From Paludibacteraceae bacterium (GTDB lineage: Bacteria; Bacteroidota; Bacteroidia; Bacteroidales; Paludibacteraceae), in the NCBI GenBank assembly GCA_017423085.1, contig JAFPGA010000183.1, positions 1 to 38,906 of the forward strand: a stretch of 38,906 nucleotides of DNA. The letters run 5' to 3'. The notes under the pieces were generated by a model. The model made no database searches. It was given only the letters and a program-made list of their open reading frames with translations, and was not told where the DNA came from. Numbering within the stretch: position 1 is the first letter of the stretch; every line of letters begins with the position of its first letter. The translations under genes and the position numbers were made by a program. Shown piece after piece: positions 8,622 to 17,770 of the stretch.

Positions 8622-8642
8622 ATTCCGAAATGCAACATTTTC

Positions 8643-8675
8643 AAGAGCATCTCTTCGCGAGGTGCTCTTTTTGTG
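8643..8675 (+). terminator. Rho-independent terminator of the 7050-8537 gene
   Basis: An 11-bp stem, AAGAGCATCTC (8643-8653) with GAGGTGCTCTT (8659-8669) and one G-U pair, a TTCGC loop, then a T-rich tail. Confidence 0.6.
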
Positions 8676-8733
8676 TTTTTAATGTTGTATTTATTGCAAA
8701 ATTGCAACTATTTTACTAATTTTTAGTAAAAAT

Positions 8734-8765
8734 CTTGCATATGTGCGAAATTTGTAGTAAATTTG
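8734..8765 (+). promoter_or_regulatory. Promoter of the mlaEF-like operon
   Basis: CTTG (8734-8737), 20 nt, TAAATTTG (8758-8765), 26 nt before ATG 8791. Confidence 0.45.
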
Positions 8766-8790
8766 CACGCTTTTTGTAAGTTGGAGTAAT

Positions 8791-9528
8791 ATGCATATCT
8801 TTCAACACATAGGGGAATACATGCTTCTGATGGGTCGCGTGCTGCGTTTGCCGGACAGGCAACGTATGTTCTGGCGGCAATACAGCCGTGAGTTGGAGAA
8901 GCAGGGCTTACAATCGCTGCCTATTGTGCTGTTGATTTCCGTCTTTATCGGTGCCATTCTCACGATTCAGGCCAAGACCAACACATCCAACCCCTTACTG
9001 CCGACCTATATCACGGGTCTGCTAACGCGTGACACGCTGCTGCTGGAGTTCTCAAGCACCATCTTGTGTTTGATTCTGGCAGGAAAAGTAGGCAGTAACA
9101 TTGCTTCCGAAATCGGCACCATGCGCATCACCGAGCAGATTGATGCGATGGAGATAATGGGTGTGAACAGTGCCAACTATCTCATTCTGCCGAAGATATT
9201 GGCATTCATGAGCATGATGCCGTTCCTGTTCATCATCTCCACGACAGCCGGTCTGGTCGGAGGTTGGGCGGTCGGTGCGTTCACAGACATCATCACCGTA
9301 CACGATTACCTGATAGGCGTGCAATATGCGTTCAATCCGTATTTTATCTGGTACGCGATTATCAAAGCGCTCATCTTCGCGTTCGTGATCACGAGTATGG
9401 CAAGTTACTACGGCTATTACGTCAAAGGCGGTGCGCTTGATGTCGGCAAAGCAAGCACGAGTGCCGTTGTGAACAGTAACATAATGATTTTGTTTTTAGA
9501 CCTCATTTTATCCAAACTGCTCTTATGA
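8791..9528 (+). CDS. mlaE: MlaE-family ABC transporter permease
   Basis: The product is 245 aa and polytopic. Its length and the pattern LPIVLLISVFIGAILTIQ...GVNSANYLILPKILA fit MlaE/YrbE. It overlaps the following ATPase gene by 4 nt. Confidence 0.8.
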   Translation: MHIFQHIGEYMLLMGRVLRLPDRQRMFWRQYSRELEKQGLQSLPIVLLISVFIGAILTIQAKTNTSNPLLPTYITGLLTRDTLLLEFSSTILCLILAGKVGSNIASEIGTMRITEQIDAMEIMGVNSANYLILPKILAFMSMMPFLFIISTTAGLVGGWAVGAFTDIITVHDYLIGVQYAFNPYFIWYAIIKALIFAFVITSMASYYGYYVKGGALDVGKASTSAVVNSNIMILFLDLILSKLLL

Positions 9529-10286
9529 TTGAAGTGAAAGACATAGTGAAGTCGTTTGACGGCGAAGTGGTGCTGAATCATGTGAGCACGGAGTTGAAGG
9601 ACGGAGAGGTGAACATGATCATCGGTCAGTCAGGTTCGGGTAAGACGGTGCTGATGAAGTGCCTGATCGGTCTGCACCCGCTGGACGGAGGGCAGATATT
9701 ATACGACGGGCGCGATTTGGCTGAGATGCGCAACAAAGATATCCGTTTGCTGCACCGCGAAGTGGGCATGCTGTTCCAAGGCTCGGCGCTGTTTGACAGC
9801 ATGACGGTCATGGAGAATGTGCTATTTCCGATGGAGATGTTTTCGCACAAGACGAAAGAAGAGATGCGTGAACGGGCGGAGTTCTGCTTGCGGCGCGTGG
9901 AGATGCCGGAGAAAGTGTGGAATCTGATGCCGGGCGAGATCTCCGGCGGTCAGCAGAAACGTGTGGCTATTGCGCTGGCTATCGTGCTTGAACCCAAATA
10001 CCTGTTCTGCGACGAGCCAAACTCGGGTCTGGATCCCAAAACGAGTCTGGTGATCGACGCGCTGATACAGGACATCACACGCGAGTTCAATATCTGCACC
10101 ATCGTAAACAGCCACGACATGAACTCAATCATGGAAATCGGGGACAATGTGATTTTCCTCAAAGACGGCAAGAAAGAGTGGCAGGGTTCGCGGCACGAGA
10201 TCATGAACAGCGAGAACAAAGCGCTGAACGACTTTGTGTTTGCGAGTGAACTGTTCAAGAAAGTTCGAACCGCTGCAAGCAACTGA
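9525..10286 (+). CDS. ABC transporter ATP-binding protein (MlaF-like)
   Basis: Walker A GQSGSGKT, signature ISGGQQKRVAIA, Walker B LFCDEPNSGLD. Translationally coupled to the permease gene. Confidence 0.85.
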   Translation: MIEVKDIVKSFDGEVVLNHVSTELKDGEVNMIIGQSGSGKTVLMKCLIGLHPLDGGQILYDGRDLAEMRNKDIRLLHREVGMLFQGSALFDSMTVMENVLFPMEMFSHKTKEEMRERAEFCLRRVEMPEKVWNLMPGEISGGQQKRVAIALAIVLEPKYLFCDEPNSGLDPKTSLVIDALIQDITREFNICTIVNSHDMNSIMEIGDNVIFLKDGKKEWQGSRHEIMNSENKALNDFVFASELFKKVRTAASN

Positions 10287-10313
10287 CAGAATAAAGACAT
10301 AATTTTATAGATA

Positions 10314-10658
10314 ATGAAAAAGATTGTTTTGATGATAGCCGTGATGGCTATGATGAGCGTCAGAGTCTGCTATGCAGACGGTCCGGCTAAAGTACCTGCG
10401 TACCGCGGGATTATCGAACGCGTGCAACCGAACGGGGACACGCTGCGCACGTACCTGCGCGGAGACGAACACCGTCACTGGATGATGACGGAAGACGGCT
10501 GGCAAATCAAAGAAAGCAAAAAAGGCTGGCTGAAGTATGTGAAGATGAACCGCAAAGGACAAGTGGTGCTGAGTTGCCGCAAGGCACATAACGCAGACCA
10601 ACGCCGCAAATGCGAACAACGGTGGTTGGAGAAGCACGGAGTGAAGAAAGAGTTGTAG
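10314..10658 (+). CDS. Secreted 114-aa protein that is a paralogue of the N-terminal (pro-domain-like) region of the M6 proteases
   Basis: After a signal peptide, VPAYRGIIERVQPNGDTLRTYLRGDEHRHWMMTEDGWQI aligns with VPARRGWQTRTQADGTTIEVQVIGDEFYHYTINRDGKQV (protease 1) and VPARRGGVVRTAADGTEKTVFLNGDEFFHYITDADGNWL (protease 2). A basic tail follows, as in both proteases. There is no catalytic domain. Confidence 0.6.
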   Translation: MKKIVLMIAVMAMMSVRVCYADGPAKVPAYRGIIERVQPNGDTLRTYLRGDEHRHWMMTEDGWQIKESKKGWLKYVKMNRKGQVVLSCRKAHNADQRRKCEQRWLEKHGVKKEL

Positions 10659-10680
10659 ATTGGAGATTGAAGATTTTATT

Positions 10681-12258
10681 ATGAGGAAATTATTGGGCAT
10701 AGTAGTACTATGTGCTGTCGCAGCGAGTGCGATAGCGGTTCCGGCGCGCCGTGGAGGTGTTGTCCGGACAGCAGCAGACGGAACAGAGAAAACGGTGTTC
10801 CTAAACGGAGATGAGTTTTTCCACTACATCACCGATGCGGATGGAAACTGGTTGGACGAAGAGACCCTTCTGCCGATGACAGAAGAGGCGGTAAGCGAGA
10901 AATTAAAATTTCAGGAAAAGGCGGAAGCCAAACGCGCCAAGGTTCGTCGGGCTAAAACGGAGACGGGATTAGACCGTCTGTTGTCTCCGCGCGGAGCGGT
11001 GATTCTGGTCAGCTACGCCGACAAAGCGTTTAGCAGTTCGCATGATGCTATGGTCGAATGGGCGATGGGAGAGAACTACACGTACAACGGAGCTACCGGT
11101 TCGATTCACCAGTATTTCTGGGATCAGAGCTGGGGTCAATACGATCTTCAGATAGATGTATACGGTCCGGTAACAGTTAGCAAAGGCTACGCTTACTACG
11201 GTAAAGACAGCGGTGGAGAAGGAAACGACCAACACGCGGATGAGTTGATCGTGGAAGCATGTAAAATCGCCCATGATTCACTCGGCGCTGATTTCAGCCA
11301 ATACGATTGGGACAACGACGGTAATGTAGATTGGGTAGTTGTCATTTATGCTGGAAAAGGACAGGCTGACGGTGGTGCATCCAACACCATTTGGCCGCAC
11401 CAGTATGACCTCAGTTATACCGGAATGAGCTTTAAGTTGGATGGCAAATGGGTGGATCACTATTGTTGTTTGAATGAGATCGACGGGAGTAGCGGCAAGC
11501 GCTGCGGTATCGGTACGTTCTGCCACGAGTTCAGTCATGTCATGGGTCTGCCGGATTTCTATGCCACCAACGAAGCTACCCACCATACGCTGTGCGATTG
11601 GGATGTCATGGACTACGGACCCTATCTGAACAACGGTAACACACCTCCTTCTTATTCCGCGTACGAGCGCTGGTTCATGGGTTGGTTCGAACCCACGCTG
11701 GTCAACAGCGAAGCGAGTGTTATCTTGGGTCCGCTGAACGAAGGAGCCGCTGTGTATATGACGGCGAGCGGAAATGCCATTTCAGATATTCTGTCTCCCA
11801 ATCCGTCCACGTTCTACCTCTTTGAGTACCGTCAGAAAAAAGGATGGGATGCCTATTTGCCGGGCGAAGGAATGCTGATCACGAAAGTGCAGTGGAACGA
11901 ATACAAGTGGTACAATAATACTGTAAATAACACATCCAGTAGCATGGGTGTGGATATCATTGAGGCCAAAAAGAATACCACCAGCGGTTATAGCACTAAA
12001 GCAAGAGCTACCGATTTATATCCGGCAGGTGCAGATTCGTTCACGAGCATCAGTGCTTACCAAGTGACCAATATTGTACTGGAGAACGAACTCATTACCT
12101 TTGACGTGAACGGCGGAGGAAACGAGATCAATCTGGGCATAGACGATGTGAACGGGGACAAGGTGCAGTGCACAAAGGTACTGCTCAACGGGCAAGTGTA
12201 TATTATCCGCAACGGCGCTGTATATGACCTGAACGGTCGTATGGTGACTGCGCAGTAA
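10681..12258 (+). CDS. M6-family (InhA-like) zinc metalloprotease with a T9SS C-terminal sorting domain
   Basis: Zinc motif HEFSHVMGLPDFY. Signal peptide MRKLLGIVVLCAVAASAIA, so I prefer ATG 10681 over the track start 10660. Tail: KVLLNGQVYIIRNGAVYDLNGRMVTAQ. Confidence 0.85.
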   Translation: MRKLLGIVVLCAVAASAIAVPARRGGVVRTAADGTEKTVFLNGDEFFHYITDADGNWLDEETLLPMTEEAVSEKLKFQEKAEAKRAKVRRAKTETGLDRLLSPRGAVILVSYADKAFSSSHDAMVEWAMGENYTYNGATGSIHQYFWDQSWGQYDLQIDVYGPVTVSKGYAYYGKDSGGEGNDQHADELIVEACKIAHDSLGADFSQYDWDNDGNVDWVVVIYAGKGQADGGASNTIWPHQYDLSYTGMSFKLDGKWVDHYCCLNEIDGSSGKRCGIGTFCHEFSHVMGLPDFYATNEATHHTLCDWDVMDYGPYLNNGNTPPSYSAYERWFMGWFEPTLVNSEASVILGPLNEGAAVYMTASGNAISDILSPNPSTFYLFEYRQKKGWDAYLPGEGMLITKVQWNEYKWYNNTVNNTSSSMGVDIIEAKKNTTSGYSTKARATDLYPAGADSFTSISAYQVTNIVLENELITFDVNGGGNEINLGIDDVNGDKVQCTKVLLNGQVYIIRNGAVYDLNGRMVTAQ

Positions 12259-12287
12259 GACCGCAAATCAATTGACTATTAGATAGT

Positions 12288-13049
12288 ATGAAAATCATCA
12301 GTTACAATCTGAACGGAATCCGTTCGGCGATCAACAAAGGGCTGTTGGACTGGTTGCAGTCCGAGAGCCCAGACGTGTTCTGCATCCAGGAGAGCAAAGC
12401 ACAGCCGGAACAAATCGATGTGATGGCGATGCAGGAGTTGGGATACCACAGTTATATCCACTCGGCTGAGAAGAAAGGGTACTCGGGCGTGTGTATCTTC
12501 TGCAAACGTGAGCCGGACAAGGTAGTCGTCGGTATGGGGAATCCCAAATACGACCGCGAAGGACGTGTACTGCGTGCCGATTTCGGAGACCTCACCGTAG
12601 TGGATGCGTATATCCCGAGCGGCACAACCGGAGACGTGCGTCAGGATTTCAAGATGGAGTTTCTGGAGGATTTTCTGGTGTGGGTGAATGAGTTGCGCAA
12701 AGAGCGTCCGAACCTCATCATCTGCGGCGATTACAACATCTGCCATAAGCCGATTGACATCAATCACCCCGAACGACAAATCGGTGTATCGGGCTTCCTG
12801 CCGGAAGAACGCGAGTGGATGGACCGCTGGGAAGCAAGCGGACTGGTGGATTCGTTCCGTGTGTTCGACCAGAGTGCCGAGCGATACAGTTGGTGGAGTT
12901 GGCGCGCCGGCGCCCGCGCACGCAACGTAGGCTGGCGTATTGATTACCTGTGGGTTACGGATACCATTAGGGACCGATTAGTTAATGGAAAGATTCTAAC
13001 CGAAGCCGTTCATTCGGATCATTGTCCGGTTGCACTATGGATAAACTAA
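12288..13049 (+). CDS. xth: Exodeoxyribonuclease III (AP endonuclease)
   Basis: [14 protein letters not shown]...FCIQESK...GDYNICH...SDHCPV are the characteristic ExoIII/EEP motifs. The product is 253 aa. Confidence 0.9.
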   Translation: MKIISYNLNGIRSAINKGLLDWLQSESPDVFCIQESKAQPEQIDVMAMQELGYHSYIHSAEKKGYSGVCIFCKREPDKVVVGMGNPKYDREGRVLRADFGDLTVVDAYIPSGTTGDVRQDFKMEFLEDFLVWVNELRKERPNLIICGDYNICHKPIDINHPERQIGVSGFLPEEREWMDRWEASGLVDSFRVFDQSAERYSWWSWRAGARARNVGWRIDYLWVTDTIRDRLVNGKILTEAVHSDHCPVALWIN

Positions 13050-13780
13050 GAACAGAACATCTGGTAAAGAAATACGGTAAGCGAACCGTAGTGGACGATG
13101 TGTCTATCGAGCTGGAGCAAGGCGAGATAGTAGGTCTGTTGGGTCCGAACGGAGCCGGTAAGACGACCACGTTCTACATGACGACCGGTCTGGTAGCTGC
13201 CAATAACGGGCGTATCTTCCTCAACGACATGGATATCACCTCCTATCCTATGTACAAACGTGCGAAGATGGGTATCGGGTATCTGCCGCAGGAAGCGAGT
13301 GTGTTCCGCAAAATGACGGTGGAAGACAACATCCGTTCGGTGCTGGAACTGAGCGATTTCAGCAAAGAGTATCAGGCAGAGAAACTGGAGCAACTCATCA
13401 AGGAGTTCAACTTGGCGCACGTGCGCAAGAACCTCGGTGACCGGTTGAGCGGTGGCGAACGCCGTCGTACGGAGATAGCCCGCTGTTTGGCGATAGAACC
13501 CAAGTTCGTCATGCTCGACGAACCGTTTGCGGGCGTGGACCCTATTGCGGTGCAGGAGATTCAGGACGTGGTGTGGCGACTCAAAGACAAGAACATCGGT
13601 ATTCTCATCACCGACCACAACGTGGACGAGACGCTGATGATCACCGACCGCGCGTACCTGCTGTTCGAAGGCAAGATCCTGTTCCACGGCACGCCGGAAG
13701 AGTTGGCTGCCAACCCTGTCGTGCGACAGAACTACTTAGGACGCGACTTTGAGCTGAAGCGGAAGACAAAGGCTGAATAA
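13037..13780 (+). CDS. lptB: LPS export ABC transporter ATP-binding protein LptB
   Basis: [56 protein letters not shown] and [10 protein letters not shown] are typical of LptB. I prefer the start at MDKL (13037); the track gives 13022. It overlaps the end of xth. Confidence 0.85.
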   Translation: MDKLRTEHLVKKYGKRTVVDDVSIELEQGEIVGLLGPNGAGKTTTFYMTTGLVAANNGRIFLNDMDITSYPMYKRAKMGIGYLPQEASVFRKMTVEDNIRSVLELSDFSKEYQAEKLEQLIKEFNLAHVRKNLGDRLSGGERRRTEIARCLAIEPKFVMLDEPFAGVDPIAVQEIQDVVWRLKDKNIGILITDHNVDETLMITDRAYLLFEGKILFHGTPEELAANPVVRQNYLGRDFELKRKTKAE

Positions 13781-13786
13781 AGGCGA

Positions 13787-14767
13787 ATGACGAAAGGCGA
13801 AAGGTTCATAGTATGTCTCCTTGCCGTGCTGATTCTGAGTGCTTGTCAGAGAGTGCCGGAAGTGGAGTTGAGCGTACGTACGTGTGCGCCCATTCCTGAG
13901 GGCGTTGCGAGTGCATGCGCGTGCGTCTTGGACGGCAAAGCCTACGTGTTCGGCGGACGGGATAAAGACGGGCATTATCTGGATTCCGTTTGGTCATACG
14001 ACCCACAGACAGACCGCTGGACCAATATGGGCAGCACACCTATGCGTCCGCGCGTCAAAAGCGTGTGCGCTGTCTATGACGGAGCTATCTATACCGGTCT
14101 TGGTTTCGGAGAAGGTAATGTGTATATCGACAGTTGCTACCTGCGCGAATGGTGGAAATGGGAGCCCGGCACGAACACCTGGACGCGGCTGGCTGACTAT
14201 GAGAGCAAACGCACTATCTCCACTGTTCCTTATGTGTGCGACAACCGTATCTATACCATTTACGGAACGGACGGCTGTTTCTCCCGCGACATCACCTATT
14301 ACGATGTGCAGACCGACACGTGGCACACAGAGGCGGAGGACTGGCACCGCGCCAAATCGGTATTCGGCGGAGTGGGAGCAAAAGTGCAAGACCGCTGTTT
14401 TTTCGGTTTGGGTAACAACACCAGCAATCTGAACCAATGGTATGAAGTCCATCTGCCTACCGACACATGGATGCAACGAGCCTCCCTTCCCGGCAAAGGA
14501 CGTGCATTGAGTGCATGCTGCGCAACGGACCAATATATTTATATTTTCGGCGGACACTATCTTGCCGGAGAGTTGACCGGAGGAGAGGTTTTCGCCGATT
14601 ATCTTCGCTACGACCCGCTCAAAGACCAATGGGAACGATGCGGCGTGATGCCTTGCGGTCGTGCTGAGAACCAAATCGCTTTTACCATTAACGGTAAAGT
14701 CTATTTCGGTTTAGGCGAAGACGCAGAAGGAAAAATGATTCATTCACTATACTGCATTGAGGAATAG
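13787..14767 (+). CDS. Kelch-repeat beta-propeller lipoprotein
   Basis: The lipoprotein signal is LLAVLILSAC. There are repeated units of the type YVFGG....D.W.YD...D.W (AYVFGGRDKDGHYLDSVWSYDPQTDRWTNM, YIFGGHYLAGE...YDPLKDQWERC). Confidence 0.75.
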   Translation: MTKGERFIVCLLAVLILSACQRVPEVELSVRTCAPIPEGVASACACVLDGKAYVFGGRDKDGHYLDSVWSYDPQTDRWTNMGSTPMRPRVKSVCAVYDGAIYTGLGFGEGNVYIDSCYLREWWKWEPGTNTWTRLADYESKRTISTVPYVCDNRIYTIYGTDGCFSRDITYYDVQTDTWHTEAEDWHRAKSVFGGVGAKVQDRCFFGLGNNTSNLNQWYEVHLPTDTWMQRASLPGKGRALSACCATDQYIYIFGGHYLAGELTGGEVFADYLRYDPLKDQWERCGVMPCGRAENQIAFTINGKVYFGLGEDAEGKMIHSLYCIEE

Positions 14768-16190
14768 AAGAATTGTCATAGGGATCTTGCTACTCTGCGC
14801 CGTCTATGCCGGAGCATGGGAGTGGTGGCCGCTGCCGATGGTAGAACCGGACACCTGCCGCGACACCTTGTACTACACGGGCGAAGTGAGTGTACTATCA
14901 TCCAGCGGTGCACAGGCTCCGAGTTTGCTATGGCACAACCGACAGGGCAATATAGCCCTTCAACCGCACAGCGGTAATCTGTCAGTCGGAATCATCAAAC
15001 CCGCCACACGCCCGAACAGATGGTTTGACTATGACTTCGGTGTCGTGCTCTGCGGTCGTATCAGCGGCACACAGCAAAACATTGTGGCACCGGCAATAAG
15101 CGGAACGGGCTATTTCAGAGAGTTGTACGCGCACGCACGCTTGTACATCGTGGATATTACTGCGGGTATTTATCCCGTATCCTATGGTCCGGGCGACGAT
15201 GAGTTGAGTACCGGAGGATTACTTTTCTCCAACAACACCCACCCCATCCCGCGCATTACCATCGGTTTGGAGCGCTGGACACCGGTACCGGGTTTGTTCG
15301 GATACGTAGAAGTGAAAGGCGGTTTGACGCACGGCTGGCTGAACGATAACGCACCGGACATCAAAGGGACCATGCTGCACCATAAGTTCATCGGCGGGCG
15401 TATAGGCGGCAAACTGCCGGTCAATATCAGTTATGAGTTCCATCACGCAGCACAATGGGGAGGATACTCTACCATTAATGGCGATTTGGGTAACGACTGG
15501 CAGTCGTTCCGACATATTTTCTCCGCGCAGAAAGGCGGAAGCACCCAAAGTGACCAACTGAATGCCCAAGGTAATCATATACTGAGCCAAACACTCTGCC
15601 TGACGGTCCAAGGCGACCGATGGCATGTGGATGTATATTGGCAGGACATACAAGAGGACGGGCGTCCCCGCTGGATAGGTACCGGTCAGAACTCCAAAGA
15701 CGGTCTATGGGGTGTGTCCGTGATACAAGACCATTGGCAGTATATCCGCGGGTTAAGTATCGAGTTTTTCAATACTACAGACCAAAGCGGTCCCTGGCAC
15801 GACCGAGACGGAATGGTTTTCGGAGGAAAGGACAAATACTATTTGAACGGCGCTTACCCGCAAGGCTGGACCTATTTCGGTCAAATAATGGGTTTGCCGT
15901 TCTGCTTGCCATTTAACAGTCGCGTCATAGGCGGACAAGCCGGTATCAAAGGCGACATCTACGGTTACCAATACCGTGCTGTCTGTTCACATGTACGCAA
16001 CTATGGCACATATGACCAGCCCATACAAAGCGACAACACCGCTGTGCTGGTAGAGGTCAGAAAACACATTGAAAAAGCATGGGGGCTGGATTTCAGTCTT
16101 GCCATATCCGGCGATTTCGGTTCGCAGTTCGGCAACCGGTTCGGCGCCATGATGACCATTAGCAAACAAGGAATACTAAAGACTTATTGA
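14757..16190 (+). CDS. Wzi-family (capsule-assembly outer-membrane lectin-like) protein
   Basis: The product is 477 aa with a signal peptide. HHKFIGGRIGGKL..EFHHAAQWGG...NAQGNH...VYWQDIQEDG parallels E. coli Wzi HAKIIGGRFTF..SRIMQWGG...EPGNQ...FYGQMIGEDESG, recalled from memory. It overlaps the Kelch gene by 11 nt. Confidence 0.6.
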   Translation: MRNRRIVIGILLLCAVYAGAWEWWPLPMVEPDTCRDTLYYTGEVSVLSSSGAQAPSLLWHNRQGNIALQPHSGNLSVGIIKPATRPNRWFDYDFGVVLCGRISGTQQNIVAPAISGTGYFRELYAHARLYIVDITAGIYPVSYGPGDDELSTGGLLFSNNTHPIPRITIGLERWTPVPGLFGYVEVKGGLTHGWLNDNAPDIKGTMLHHKFIGGRIGGKLPVNISYEFHHAAQWGGYSTINGDLGNDWQSFRHIFSAQKGGSTQSDQLNAQGNHILSQTLCLTVQGDRWHVDVYWQDIQEDGRPRWIGTGQNSKDGLWGVSVIQDHWQYIRGLSIEFFNTTDQSGPWHDRDGMVFGGKDKYYLNGAYPQGWTYFGQIMGLPFCLPFNSRVIGGQAGIKGDIYGYQYRAVCSHVRNYGTYDQPIQSDNTAVLVEVRKHIEKAWGLDFSLAISGDFGSQFGNRFGAMMTISKQGILKTY

Positions 16191-16191
16191 T

Positions 16192-16803
16192 ATGAATAAT
16201 TTTGTAGAAACATGCAACCGCATCTTCCATTCTGCCGTTGCGGACTACCACAAGACGGACCATGTGGACGCTCCAATGATATGCCCGTTCCGCGAAGGAA
16301 GTATTGAGTTCGATTTATACCATAAAACATGGATTGACACTGTTCAGTGGCATCTGGAGGATATTATCCGCGACCCGCAGATAGCACCATTGGAAGCGTT
16401 GGCTATCAAACGCCGCATTGACCACAGCAATCAGGAGCGCACCGACTTAGTGGAACGTATTGACAGTTATTTCTGGGAGAAGTACCACACCGTTACGCCG
16501 CAGCCAGAAGCCCGCATCAACACCGAGAGTCCGGCCTGGGCAATAGACCGCTTGAGTATATTGCATGTCAAACTATGGCATATGCAGGAACAGGTGGAGC
16601 GTACGGACGTAAGCGCCGAGCAACATGACAAATGCGCTGCGAAACTGGCGATACTCCAAGAGCAAATGGGCGATATGACCACTTCTATCCGTCAGTTGCT
16701 GGAGGACTACGAAAGCGGCAAACGCATCATGAAGGTATATCGTCAGATGAAGATGTATAATGATCCGACGCTTAATCCGGTACTGTACAAGACGAAAGGA
16801 TAA
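16192..16803 (+). CDS. Conserved hypothetical cytoplasmic protein (DUF4254-like, the family commonly found next to GT9 genes in Bacteroidota)
   Basis: The product is 203 aa with no signal peptide and starts 1 nt after the upstream stop. The family assignment comes from remembered gene context and general resemblance and has not been verified. Confidence 0.5.
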   Translation: MNNFVETCNRIFHSAVADYHKTDHVDAPMICPFREGSIEFDLYHKTWIDTVQWHLEDIIRDPQIAPLEALAIKRRIDHSNQERTDLVERIDSYFWEKYHTVTPQPEARINTESPAWAIDRLSILHVKLWHMQEQVERTDVSAEQHDKCAAKLAILQEQMGDMTTSIRQLLEDYESGKRIMKVYRQMKMYNDPTLNPVLYKTKG

Positions 16804-16825
16804 AGACAAAAAGTTAACTCCTGTG

Positions 16826-17770
16826 ATGAAACGGATCTTGATCATACGGTTTTCCGCGTTAGGGGATGTAGCGATGTTAGTGCCCGTAGTACAGGCATTG
16901 GCGGAGCAATATCCCGACATCGACATAACGGTGCTTTCGCAGACCCGTATGGCAGATTTGTTTGCCGGTATGCCGGATCATGTGCATTTTCACGGAGTAG
17001 ATACCCGACAGCAGTCACTACGTGAGATAGTGTCCGGCTTGGGACGTTTTGATGCCGTAGCAGACATGCATGGTGTATGGCGCTCGCTGGTTGTACGCAC
17101 AGTGATGCGGCTGCGCGGCGCAAAGGTAGAGACGATAGACAAAGGGCGTGCAGACAAAAGGCGACTGGTACACGGACTTCACAGTCCGCTTCCACATACC
17201 ACCCACCGTTACACGAAGGTACTGGAGCGTCTGGGACTGCCGGTTGACCTTGCTCCGACACCGTTGCATCAGAGCGGAACAGGTATCGGTATTGCACCTT
17301 TTGCAGCACACGAAGGGAAGAAGTATCCTTTGGAACAAATGGAGCAGGCGGTAGCCCGACTAAGCCAATGCGGAGAACCGGTTTTACTATTCGGCAGCGC
17401 TGACGAAGCCAAACAGTTGGAGGCATGGGCTGACCGATATGCGGGCGTGCAGTCTGTAGCCGGACTCCATACACTGAAGGAAGAAATGGAACTGATGCGC
17501 GGTTTGAGAGTTATGGTTACCATGGACAGCGCGAACATGCATCTGGCATCGCTGGTAGGTACACGTGTCGTCTCCATATGGGGAGCCACCCATCCGTACG
17601 CAGGTTTTTTAGGGTACGGACAAGACGAGCACGACTGCGTGCAGCGTGAGATACCCTGCCGTCCCTGCTCTGTATATGGCGACAAAAAATGCCGGTACGG
17701 AGACTACCGGTGTATGAACATACCACCGGAAACGATTGTGAGAAAGGTGAATAACGAACGACAAAAATGA
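16826..17770 (+). CDS. Glycosyltransferase family 9 (heptosyltransferase-like LPS core glycosyltransferase)
   Basis: MKRILIIRFSALGDVAMLVPV is the canonical GT9 N-terminus, and SANMHLA appears near the C-terminus. I prefer ATG 16826 over the track start 16760, which overlaps the upstream gene. Confidence 0.8.
   Translation: MKRILIIRFSALGDVAMLVPVVQALAEQYPDIDITVLSQTRMADLFAGMPDHVHFHGVDTRQQSLREIVSGLGRFDAVADMHGVWRSLVVRTVMRLRGAKVETIDKGRADKRRLVHGLHSPLPHTTHRYTKVLERLGLPVDLAPTPLHQSGTGIGIAPFAAHEGKKYPLEQMEQAVARLSQCGEPVLLFGSADEAKQLEAWADRYAGVQSVAGLHTLKEEMELMRGLRVMVTMDSANMHLASLVGTRVVSIWGATHPYAGFLGYGQDEHDCVQREIPCRPCSVYGDKKCRYGDYRCMNIPPETIVRKVNNERQK

Noticed and set aside
13046-14674. Minus-strand ORFs of 213 aa (13046-13687) and 226 aa (13994-14674)
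   Set aside because: They are antisense shadows of lptB and the Kelch lipoprotein gene, both of which have strong family motifs.
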